From contig DATJAY010000012.1 of NCBI GenBank assembly GCA_035515795.1, forward strand, positions 24,532 through 88,531: a DNA stretch of 64,000 bases, in the 5' to 3' direction. Of this stretch, positions 9,123 through 17,517 are shown in pieces. This DNA is from Candidatus Acidiferrales bacterium (GTDB taxonomy: Bacteria; Bacteroidota; Ignavibacteria; Kryptoniales; JAKASW01). Position 1 is the first letter of the stretch. Each line of letters opens with the position of its first letter. The notes under the pieces are model-generated. The model was not told the DNA's origin. It searched no databases and saw only the letters and a program-made list of their open reading frames with translations. The translations under genes were made by a program, and so were the position numbers.

Positions 9123-9964
9123 AAGAGAAAGTTCAGAATATTATCCAGCTTCCCGCTCTCCCGGCGATTGCGGTGGAGGTGGCTTCGCTCATCGACAACC
9201 CGAACACGAGCGTCTCGAGGATCACGCAGGTAATTTCCGCTGATCAGGTATTGACAGCGAAGGTGCTTAAGATCGCGAATTCTCCATTCTATGGATTCCA
9301 GAAAAAAATATCGACACTCGATTTTGCCATCATGGTACTCGGCTTCGATTCTCTCAAGGAAATCCTCATCAGCGTCTCGTTGATAAGTGCATTCAAGAAA
9401 AAACAGGACAAGTATTTCGACTCGCGTGAATTTTGGGAGCACTCGCTAGCATCTGCCATTGCAGCACGTACTCTGGCGAGGCAATTGGGATACAGGATAA
9501 GCGGTGAGTCGTTTGTCGCGGGGCTTCTCCACGACATCGGCATCCTCGTCACCCACCAGTATTTCTACGAGGATTACAAGAGAATTGTCGAAGCGGTTAC
9601 GGACGGGAAAGCAACGTTCCAGGATACGGAGCAGGAAGTGTTGTTTGCTACACATGGAGAGATAGGCGCATGGCTTGCCGAAAGATGGAATCTCCCCGAC
9701 CAGCTTATCGAAACGATAAAATTTCATCACAAGCCCGAACTTGCGGAAAGAAATCCCCAGCTGACCGCACTGATCCATTTTGTCGATTACTTGTGTCATA
9801 AACTTCAGATCGGCATGTTCTCTTACGAAAGGGTTGAAACCTACAATCCTCAAGCTCTGAAAACTCTGAATTTGTCCGAGTCGGAGGTCACCCAATCTTT
9901 CCTGGATACATTCGGGTCGAGACTGCGTCAAGATCTGGAAAAAACTTTTGTCGGGATAATCTGA
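9104..9964 (+). CDS. Stand-alone HDOD domain protein, paralog of the preceding N-domain
   Basis: Motifs LPALPAIAVEVASL, ANSPFYGF, GLLHDIGILV and IKFHHKP. It overlaps the upstream gene by 19 nt. Confidence 0.85.
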   Translation: MENEILKEKVQNIIQLPALPAIAVEVASLIDNPNTSVSRITQVISADQVLTAKVLKIANSPFYGFQKKISTLDFAIMVLGFDSLKEILISVSLISAFKKKQDKYFDSREFWEHSLASAIAARTLARQLGYRISGESFVAGLLHDIGILVTHQYFYEDYKRIVEAVTDGKATFQDTEQEVLFATHGEIGAWLAERWNLPDQLIETIKFHHKPELAERNPQLTALIHFVDYLCHKLQIGMFSYERVETYNPQALKTLNLSESEVTQSFLDTFGSRLRQDLEKTFVGII

Positions 9965-9985
9965 TTCATTCGTGGAGCGTTGGCA

Positions 9986-11377
9986 ATGAAAAAAGAAGTT
10001 GTTGAACAGGAATGTGTGAAGACGAGCGTCACTGATGCCGTCGAAGTCGTCGAGCGGTTCATGGAAACGCGCGAAAGTTATGTCCGCGCACTGGAAACTG
10101 CCGTTCAGGCATTAAAAAACAAAATCGACTTTCATGAAAAAACGGAAAGCACGATAAAGCAATCGATCGATGAATTGCTGGCTGTCCAACGGCTCGGCAA
10201 TATCATTAGCACCTCGAGCGATTCTGTCTCGGTCTTCGATTCATTGCTTGATCTCACCCGTCAGGTCATCCCCGTCGAAGAGAGCATGATTTTCGAAGTC
10301 GGAAATTCCAGATCGCGTGTCAATCCGTTTCTTCAGATATGCACGGAATATATGATGAAAAGTTGTCAGCATTTGTTGGAGGAAGGAATTCTCGATTGGG
10401 TAATCGAACAGAAAAAGACGACTGTGGTTCCCGATTTAAATTCTTCGGTGGGGGAAATAGGCGAGCGGAATTTTGTCGTGGTGCCGCTCGTACTGAGGAG
10501 CGAAGCGATTGGAGTTTATGTGATTCATACCGAAAGAGTCAGCAAGGCTCTTTCCGAACACGATTTGGCACTTCTCGGCGTGCTCGCAAACCAGGCGGCG
10601 GTCGCCATAGAGAACCTCAGAAATGTTGAAAAACTCCGGAATGCAGCCGATGAATTGAAGAAATCACAATCGCAGATGGTTCACGCTGCAAAGCTTGCTT
10701 CGCTTGGCGAACTTGCCGGTGGCGTGGCACACGAGATAAATAATCCTCTCCAAATTCTGCTCGGCCATGTCGCCCTTCTTTCGCAAGGCAAGGATGTCGA
10801 GCACAGAATCGAAATCATACGAAACCAGGTCCAACGGATCGCACAGATTACCAGGCAGCTTGTTTCATTCTCACGAAGCGTTCCGGACGAGCTTGATCAC
10901 GAGCCCCTGAACGTCAACTGGGCGATCGATGAAATAATCGCTTTGGTGGACTACCAATTCAAAAATCGCGGGATTGAGTTTGACTTGAGATATTCGGATG
11001 ATCTTCCGCCGCTCGATTCCAATAAGAATTATCTGCAGCAGGGTTTTCTCAACTTACTCTTGAATGCCAAGGACGCGATGCCTAACGGCGGCAAGATGCT
11101 GATCTCTACGGAGTATCATGACGGAAAGATATTCATCCGTTTTTCAGATACCGGTGTCGGGATCAAGAAAGAAAACATGGCAAAGATATTCGAGCCTTTT
11201 TTCACGACAAAAGAACCTGGCAAAGGGACAGGATTGGGACTTTCGATAACGAGAGGAATCATAAGGAAACTCAGTGGAGAAATTAAAGTTGACAGCGTCG
11301 AAGGTCGTGGTACGACATTTACGATTTTCATACCTGTAAAGAAGAGTTTAGAGACAACCAACGGAGGAAATAGATAA
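9986..11377 (+). CDS. Soluble GAF-domain sensor histidine kinase
   Basis: No TM segment. It has a GAF-like region (...NFVVVPLVLRSEAIGVYVIH...), H-box GVAHEINNPL, N-box LLLNAKDAM and G-boxes DTGVGI / GTGLGLS. I chose the ATG at 9986; the tracked start is the TTG at 9980. Confidence 0.85.
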   Translation: MKKEVVEQECVKTSVTDAVEVVERFMETRESYVRALETAVQALKNKIDFHEKTESTIKQSIDELLAVQRLGNIISTSSDSVSVFDSLLDLTRQVIPVEESMIFEVGNSRSRVNPFLQICTEYMMKSCQHLLEEGILDWVIEQKKTTVVPDLNSSVGEIGERNFVVVPLVLRSEAIGVYVIHTERVSKALSEHDLALLGVLANQAAVAIENLRNVEKLRNAADELKKSQSQMVHAAKLASLGELAGGVAHEINNPLQILLGHVALLSQGKDVEHRIEIIRNQVQRIAQITRQLVSFSRSVPDELDHEPLNVNWAIDEIIALVDYQFKNRGIEFDLRYSDDLPPLDSNKNYLQQGFLNLLLNAKDAMPNGGKMLISTEYHDGKIFIRFSDTGVGIKKENMAKIFEPFFTTKEPGKGTGLGLSITRGIIRKLSGEIKVDSVEGRGTTFTIFIPVKKSLETTNGGNR

Positions 11378-12048
11378 TGTTTGGGATGATATTATGTTTG
11401 CTTTCGGATTCAACTGCGGTGGACATTAGGGCGCTGGTGTCCCGGGACATTGACAAGGCGACTAACGCATCCGGAAGTGCAAGTCAGAGTTTTGTCCAGA
11501 GGGTTTTAGAAGTGCCCGAATTTGTGCTGATTACCGAGCTTGCTATGATTCTGATAATGGCCGGGCTGTTTGTTGCTCTGGTAATTCGATTCCGCAAGAT
11601 AGCAAAGGAACAGAATCGCAGAATCGCCTACGTGCAGAAGATAAAGGCGAAAATGCAGCCCTCCATCTCGCGGGCGGAGGTCGAGAGAATTCTCAATCAA
11701 ATTGCGACCGAAAAATTTAAGGCTTACGAGATGGCACACGGAAATTATTATGTTGACTATGATGGCAAGCTCGACTCTGATGAGGCGATCCACGAGATGG
11801 CAAGGTCACACAAAATGGAATCCGAACGCCTGAACTTCGCGCTGTCCGCCGCCTCACAGTCGGCGAGGCAAGGCGGGGCGAAATTTAAAGAGGCGTTCGC
11901 TCTTGTGAGCGAAGATTCTAACCTGACCGTCCTCGCACGTCAACTAAACATGGGAAAGGGTGAGCTTGAGCTTATACTTGCCCTCAAGAGAAGCAAGATC
12001 GCAAATTCAAAACATTTGTCCGGGAGCACCGAAAGGAACGGGTTATGA
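11377..12048 (+). CDS. Single-pass membrane protein with a C-terminal HTH-like motif (possible SwrB-like flagellar accessory protein)
   Basis: One TM segment (FVLITELAMILIMAGLFVALVI) and the C-terminus NLTVLARQLNMGKGELELILALKR. It has a TAATG overlap with the kinase stop and an ATGA overlap with flgF. Confidence 0.6.
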   Translation: MFGMILCLLSDSTAVDIRALVSRDIDKATNASGSASQSFVQRVLEVPEFVLITELAMILIMAGLFVALVIRFRKIAKEQNRRIAYVQKIKAKMQPSISRAEVERILNQIATEKFKAYEMAHGNYYVDYDGKLDSDEAIHEMARSHKMESERLNFALSAASQSARQGGAKFKEAFALVSEDSNLTVLARQLNMGKGELELILALKRSKIANSKHLSGSTERNGL

Positions 12049-12794
12049 TCAAAGGAATTTACACGAGCGCGCTTGGACTGCTGCCGCTTCAAAAGAAACT
12101 TGAAGTGATTGCAAACAATCTTGCCAACGTGAACACGACGGCGTTCAAAAGGGACGACGCCTTTGCAAACGAGTTGATCTCTGCAAAGACTCTCCTGCAT
12201 AATGGTACAACCGATCCCGTTGAGAAAGACGTCGATGAACAAACCACCACTGATTTTTCGCAGGGCACGCTTCGCGAGACAGGCAATACTCTAGATGTAG
12301 CAATTGACGGTCAGGGTTTTTTTGCGGTAGAAACAAATGATGGAGTAAAGCTCACGCGTGACGGTTCGTTTACGATCTCGACCGATGGAACTCTTGTTAC
12401 AAGAAATGGCGATGCCGTCATGGGAACCGGCGGATCGATCAAAATTGACGACATACAGGATCTGCAAAAGAGCCAGCTCGTAATTGAGCGCGACGGAGTG
12501 GTCAAGGCAGGGAACAAAATCTATGGACAAATTCAAATTGTGTCTCCTGAGAATTTGAATCAGCTTTCGAAATCCGGAGAAAATTCGTACACGTTCAAGA
12601 CCGATAGTGCCTTAAAGCAAATCGATCCGTCAGCATATACGGTCAGGCAGGGATTTTTAGAAGGCTCGAATGTCAACCCGATCGATGAAATGGTCGCGAT
12701 GATCCAGATTCAACAGAATTTCGAAGCCGGCCAGAAGGCAATCCAAAGTCAGGATACATCGCTCGGGCAATCGAACGATGTCGGCAAGATATAG
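12045..12794 (+). CDS. flgF: Flagellar proximal rod protein FlgF
   Basis: N-terminal rod signature LEVIANNLANVNTTAFKR and C-terminus GFLEGSNVNPIDEMVAMI. Confidence 0.85.
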   Translation: MIKGIYTSALGLLPLQKKLEVIANNLANVNTTAFKRDDAFANELISAKTLLHNGTTDPVEKDVDEQTTTDFSQGTLRETGNTLDVAIDGQGFFAVETNDGVKLTRDGSFTISTDGTLVTRNGDAVMGTGGSIKIDDIQDLQKSQLVIERDGVVKAGNKIYGQIQIVSPENLNQLSKSGENSYTFKTDSALKQIDPSAYTVRQGFLEGSNVNPIDEMVAMIQIQQNFEAGQKAIQSQDTSLGQSNDVGKI

Positions 12795-12851
12795 GACCAT
12801 GAAAACGGGAAGTCAGAATTTTAGAATTAGCGTTTTAATTCGGAGGGAAAA

Positions 12852-13643
12852 ATGGAACGAGCATTGAAAACGGCGGCAAGCGGAATGTACGCCCAGCAGC
12901 TTAACGTCGATGCGATAGCAAACAACCTGGCAAACGTAAATACGACCGCGTTCAAGGATACAAGAGTCGAATTTCAGGATTTGATGTACGAGACCTTGCG
13001 CGCTACCGGTGTACCCGATCAGCAAGGCGGCACGCCACCGGCTGAGCTTCAGGTTGGAGATGGGACTGTACCATCATCCACGACGAGAGATTTCAGCCAG
13101 GGAGGCCTAACGCCGACACAGAACCAGCTCGACTTCGGCATACAGGGCGACGGCTTTTTCAGAATCAGGATGCCCGACGGAACCGATTCGTATACCCGTG
13201 ACGGCTCCTTCAAGATTTCCAGCGATGGAAATCTTGTGACCTCCAACGGTTATATCGTGGAGCCAGGACTTACGATTCCGCAAGACACGACAGGTCTGGC
13301 CGTCGGGAGCGACGGAACTATCCAGGCAACTCTTTCCGGTCAGACAAATCCCGTGACCCTCGGACAGCTTCAGCTTGCAAAGTTCGTAAACCCTGCGGGA
13401 CTGCATGCTGTCGGAAGCAACTTGTATCAAGAAACTGTCGCATCCGGGACGCCAATTCTCGGCAATGCGGGTTCCACAGGCTTCGGCATGATTCAACAAG
13501 GTTATCTGGAATCGTCTAACGTCTCAGTAGTAACCGAGATGGTCAACATGATTCAAGCCGAAAGAGCTTATGAGATAAACTCAAAGGCAATTCAAACCGC
13601 AAACAACATGATGCAGCAGGCAAATAATCTCAAGGGACAATAA
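12852..13643 (+). CDS. flgG: Flagellar distal rod protein FlgG
   Basis: Motifs TAASGMYAQQLNVDAIANNLANVNTTAFK and QGYLESSNVSVVTEMVNMIQAERAYE. SD ggaggg lies upstream. Confidence 0.95.
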   Translation: MERALKTAASGMYAQQLNVDAIANNLANVNTTAFKDTRVEFQDLMYETLRATGVPDQQGGTPPAELQVGDGTVPSSTTRDFSQGGLTPTQNQLDFGIQGDGFFRIRMPDGTDSYTRDGSFKISSDGNLVTSNGYIVEPGLTIPQDTTGLAVGSDGTIQATLSGQTNPVTLGQLQLAKFVNPAGLHAVGSNLYQETVASGTPILGNAGSTGFGMIQQGYLESSNVSVVTEMVNMIQAERAYEINSKAIQTANNMMQQANNLKGQ

Positions 13644-13743
13644 CAACATGGAATATTGGAGTGATCAAGCATTGGGTCATTCGATGGATGCCGGTATAGA
13701 TCGAGGCGTTTCATGGCGCTTAAGAAAGAAAAGACTTGCCAAC

Positions 13744-14469
13744 ATGAGGAAGCGATCACTTAGTTCACCCCACGTCCCCTTTCTTATTGTAGCCGCAATC
13801 GTCACGGTATTTGCGACCGTCCCTGTGGATTTGCTCGCACAAAGCATCACCGGCGAATCAGTGAAGTCAGCCGTGGAAAACTACGTAAGAAAATCTGTAC
13901 CGCCGTCGGTAGATGCAGTAATCGAATTCAAAGACTTGAAGCAGAGTTACTCATCGCCACAGGTAAACTGTAGCCTCGTTGTTTCCTCGGCAAATTCCGT
14001 CAACATGAAAGGGCTTGTCACTTTTTTGATAAAGGCCGTCTCCCCGCAGGATAATGTTGTGACAATCCCAGTAACGGTCAAGATCAGGACTTTTCAGAAT
14101 GTTGTCGTGGCGGCTCAAACAATACAGCCGCATTGCGTGATTGAAGCGGAGCAAGTAACTGTAGTGAAGACGGAATCGACTGAAATGTCGAATCCCGTTA
14201 CAAATCTAAATCAATTGAAGAGCAAATGGACCTCAAGATGGATACAAAGCGGAAAGGCGCTGACGCTCGATATGTTTGATGATGAACCGATGGTCAAGCG
14301 AGGAGACGACGTGGTGATCATCGTTAAGACCAAAAATGTCGTGGTGCGTGAACAGGGCAGCGCGATGCAGGATGGGAAGCTGAACGATGTAATAAGCGTC
14401 ATAAATGAATACAGAGACAATCTTCACGCGAAAGTTACAGGCAAAGGCGAAGTCGCTTTGGTGAATTGA
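13744..14469 (+). CDS. flgA: Flagellar P-ring assembly chaperone FlgA
   Basis: A signal peptide follows the ATG at 13744 (MRKRSLSSPHVPFLIVAAIVTVFA). The C-terminus is SAF/FlgA-like (VKRGDDVVIIV...GKLNDVISV). It sits next to flgH/I. The tracked start at 13648 is less likely. Confidence 0.75.
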   Translation: MRKRSLSSPHVPFLIVAAIVTVFATVPVDLLAQSITGESVKSAVENYVRKSVPPSVDAVIEFKDLKQSYSSPQVNCSLVVSSANSVNMKGLVTFLIKAVSPQDNVVTIPVTVKIRTFQNVVVAAQTIQPHCVIEAEQVTVVKTESTEMSNPVTNLNQLKSKWTSRWIQSGKALTLDMFDDEPMVKRGDDVVIIVKTKNVVVREQGSAMQDGKLNDVISVINEYRDNLHAKVTGKGEVALVN

Positions 14470-14561
14470 GCATGGAGCAGCAGGTAAAAATAGTTAGAAT
14501 AGCAAAGGCACAAATTGGCACGTTCCTCGGCGCGCAGTTGCCTCATTAGAATGGAGTTGAG

Positions 14562-15128
14562 ATGATGAAAACATTCTTTATAGTAATATTATTTTCGGAA
14601 ATCGCGTTCGCTCAGGTGATGCAAAATCCGAGCAACTCACTGTTTGCGGACTATAAGGCGTCGAAAATCGGAGATGCGGTCACGGTCATCGTGATGGAAC
14701 AGAATTCCGCCTCGAAGGATGCCTCGACCAACACGAGCAGACAAAGCACAATAAGTGGAAGCGGTCAGGCCACCTACGGGAGTAAGAATCTTCCTTCTGG
14801 CTCACTTCAACTCGGTACAGACAATGAATTCAAAGGGAGCGGCTCGACTAGCGAAGCCGGGACCATGCAAGCCGTCATCAGTGCGCGCGTAGTGAAAGTC
14901 GACGAGTACGGCAATCTCGAAATCACGGGAAGCAGGTTCATCTCCGTGAATGGTCAGGATCAGATCATGAAAATCAGCGGCATCATCCGTCCCTCGGATA
15001 TTCAGCCGGACAATACAATTTCTTCATCATACATTTCCGACGCGAAAATAATCTTTGAAGGGTCCGGCTCTATCGACCGAGCGCAAAGTCCCGGCTGGCT
15101 GACCAAAATTTTCCACTGGCTTTTCTGA
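14562..15128 (+). CDS. flgH: Flagellar L-ring protein FlgH (Cys-free, apparently non-lipidated)
   Basis: Motifs LFADYKASKIGDAVTVIV and EYGNLEITGSRFISVNGQDQIMKISGIIRPSDI. The signal peptide ends AFAQ and the protein contains no cysteine. Confidence 0.85.
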   Translation: MMKTFFIVILFSEIAFAQVMQNPSNSLFADYKASKIGDAVTVIVMEQNSASKDASTNTSRQSTISGSGQATYGSKNLPSGSLQLGTDNEFKGSGSTSEAGTMQAVISARVVKVDEYGNLEITGSRFISVNGQDQIMKISGIIRPSDIQPDNTISSSYISDAKIIFEGSGSIDRAQSPGWLTKIFHWLF

Positions 15129-15136
15129 GGTGTACC

Positions 15137-16225
15137 ATGAAAAAGATTTTTCTTATCCTGACAGTGTTGACGTCTCTTGCCGATGCGACTCGTATAAAAG
15201 ACATTGCATACGTCAAAGGCGTAAATGATTATCAGGTTATAGGTTACGGACTCGTAGTCGGGCTCAATGGGACCGGCGACTCGCAGATTTCAACCTTCAC
15301 AGAGCAATCGGTCGCGAGCATGTTGAAAAGGTTCGGCATAACCGTGACTCAATCGCAGATACGGATGCGAAATGTCGCAGCAGTTATGGTGGTGTCGTCG
15401 ATTCCAGCATTTGCAAGCAGCGGGGCTGCTGTCGATGTGACAGTCTCTTCGATGGGTGATGGGACCAGCTTGCAAGGTGGCACGCTCCTCCTCACGGATC
15501 TCATCGGGCAGGACGGCAAAATCTATGCGACAGCTCAAGGTCCGCTCGCAGTCGGCGGCTTCGACATTCGTGCCGCCGGCACGATGGTACAGAGGAATTT
15601 CACGACAACCGGAAGAATCCCTAACGGCGGACTTGTGCAGCAGTCTCCTCCGATCGAATTTGTTGATAACTGGATGCTGTCACTTGTTCTTTCTCAGCAA
15701 GACTTCACGACAGCCAACAGGGTGGCGGACGCCATCAATCAAAACACAGGATCCAAAATCGCCGATGCCATAGACGGTGCCACAATAAATGTCCAGGTAC
15801 CGCAGCCTTACCAATCCAAAGACAAGCTGGTACAGTTTATCGCGCAAATCGAATCTCTGCAGGTGGTTCCGGATGTCATGGCACGCGTCGTCATCAACGA
15901 GAGAACCGGTACGGTTGTGGTCGGACAAAACGTTACCGTGCTCCCGGTAGCGATTTCGCACGGTAATTTGAATATAGAGATTCAGGCATATCCGGTCATT
16001 TCACAGCCTGCGCCGTTTTCGCAAGGACAGACTGTGGTAACTCAAGAAGCAACCGCTGCAGTGAATCAAGAAGAAAGCTCCATGGTCGCAATCAACAGCG
16101 CCGCTACCGTCCAGGACATTGCATCCGCATTGAATTCACTGAAGGTTAAGCCCCGTGACATCATCGCGATATTCCAGGCGCTGAAAGCGGCAGGTGCATT
16201 GAAGGCGGAACTAGTCATACTGTAA
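15137..16225 (+). CDS. flgI: Flagellar P-ring protein FlgI
   Basis: Motifs RIKDIAYVKGVNDYQVIGYGLVVGLNGTGD and LKAAGALKAELVIL. Confidence 0.95.
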   Translation: MKKIFLILTVLTSLADATRIKDIAYVKGVNDYQVIGYGLVVGLNGTGDSQISTFTEQSVASMLKRFGITVTQSQIRMRNVAAVMVVSSIPAFASSGAAVDVTVSSMGDGTSLQGGTLLLTDLIGQDGKIYATAQGPLAVGGFDIRAAGTMVQRNFTTTGRIPNGGLVQQSPPIEFVDNWMLSLVLSQQDFTTANRVADAINQNTGSKIADAIDGATINVQVPQPYQSKDKLVQFIAQIESLQVVPDVMARVVINERTGTVVVGQNVTVLPVAISHGNLNIEIQAYPVISQPAPFSQGQTVVTQEATAAVNQEESSMVAINSAATVQDIASALNSLKVKPRDIIAIFQALKAAGALKAELVIL

Positions 16226-16226
16226 C

Positions 16227-17075
16227 ATGGAAAAGATAGACCCGAACATTTCGCAAATCCATCCGCAGTTCACCGAACAGCAGAAAACAAAACTCATGGC
16301 AGCTGCCAAAGACTTTGAGGCGGTTTTCATGCAATACATGCTGAAGTCTATGGAGGAGAGTGAAAAAATTTCCGGACAAGATGACAGTGAACAGGGCTAC
16401 GGAAAAGATATCATGACCGGACTCTTCGATACGGAGATGGCGAGGTACGTTACGGACAAGTCCAATCTCGGAATCGGCAACATGCTCTACAAGCAGTTCA
16501 CCGGTGAAGACATGGATTCAGGAATATCGGGCAGGTCAAATTCAATACCTGAAATGCTAAGGCAAATCCTTCCTGATGAACGAACTCGGGAGCGTGTTCT
16601 TCAAAAAATCGGCTCTTATAGCTCCGGCTCGGTGTTGGAGAATGTGGGACAATACTCCGATATAATAAATGAAGCGGCAGGTAAGTACGACGTGAAGCCA
16701 AGTCTGATAAAAGCCGTGATTGCTGCGGAATCTGGAGGAAATGCAGATTCTGTCTCGACCAAAAACGCCAAAGGATTGATGCAGCTTGTCGATACAACGG
16801 CCGAGGAGGTCGGAGTGAAGAACGTTTTCGATCCGCGCGAGAATATCATGGGCGGGACAAAATATTTAAAGAACTTGATAGAAAAGTTTTCCGGCAACAT
16901 TGAACTGGTGCTGGCATCTTACAATGCAGGCACTGAAGCAGTCGAACAATACAAGGGCGTTCCGCCATTCAACGAAACTCAAAACTATGTGAAAAGAGTA
17001 AAGAGCTATCTTCAGATGTTCGATGGCGAGGATTCAATTGCTGGAATGGTAAGCGGGGCAGATGATGAACGATAA
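16227..17075 (+). CDS. flgJ: FlgJ-type rod-binding domain fused to an SLT lytic transglycosylase domain
   Basis: The N-terminus is Rod_binding-like (AAKDFEAVFMQYMLKSM...GIGNMLYKQF). The C-terminus has SLT motifs (AESGGNADSVSTKNAKGLMQL, SYNAG). Confidence 0.8.
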   Translation: MEKIDPNISQIHPQFTEQQKTKLMAAAKDFEAVFMQYMLKSMEESEKISGQDDSEQGYGKDIMTGLFDTEMARYVTDKSNLGIGNMLYKQFTGEDMDSGISGRSNSIPEMLRQILPDERTRERVLQKIGSYSSGSVLENVGQYSDIINEAAGKYDVKPSLIKAVIAAESGGNADSVSTKNAKGLMQLVDTTAEEVGVKNVFDPRENIMGGTKYLKNLIEKFSGNIELVLASYNAGTEAVEQYKGVPPFNETQNYVKRVKSYLQMFDGEDSIAGMVSGADDER

Positions 17076-17505
17076 GACGAAACGTTTGATGGAATTGACG
17101 GAGCAGGAGACCGCCGAGTTAGACAGGATGGCGGTCATTTTGAATGCAAAACATGAAGCCATCTCGAAGCTGCATTCTAAGATGGTACAACAGATCTTGG
17201 TCGAAGAATTGGAGAGGCTCAAGCGGATTCAAACCATCGAAAAAGAGCGTGCCATGATATTGAAGGATTTGTCTTTGTCCGGGAAAGATTTGAACGACTC
17301 GGTGGTCATCAGGAAAAAATTTGGGGAAGAAGACTCGAAAATTGTTGCGTCTCTTCATTCGAATTTAAAAGAATCTTTCGCGCGCGTCGTTTCTCTGAAT
17401 GGTATCAGCCGCGCCTTGCTTAGACACTCGCTCGCCTTTATAAGGCAAAACATCAACATACTGACCGAGGGCGGCAAAAGAAAACTTATCGACAGGAAAG
17501 CATAA
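17062..17505 (+). CDS. FlgN-like export chaperone (tentative)
   Basis: 147-aa predicted helical protein immediately upstream of flgK-flgL. The assignment rests on position and composition only. Confidence 0.5.
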   Translation: MMNDKTKRLMELTEQETAELDRMAVILNAKHEAISKLHSKMVQQILVEELERLKRIQTIEKERAMILKDLSLSGKDLNDSVVIRKKFGEEDSKIVASLHSNLKESFARVVSLNGISRALLRHSLAFIRQNINILTEGGKRKLIDRKA

Positions 17506-17517
17506 GCTGGAAAATTT

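Noticed and set aside
14516-14541. Perfect TGGCAC (-24-like) element upstream of flgH, suggesting a sigma-54 promoter
   Set aside because: The sequence at the required -12 position is tcgg, not TTGC. The nearest TTGC (14538) has the wrong spacing. No rpoN or FleQ-type activator lies in the window.
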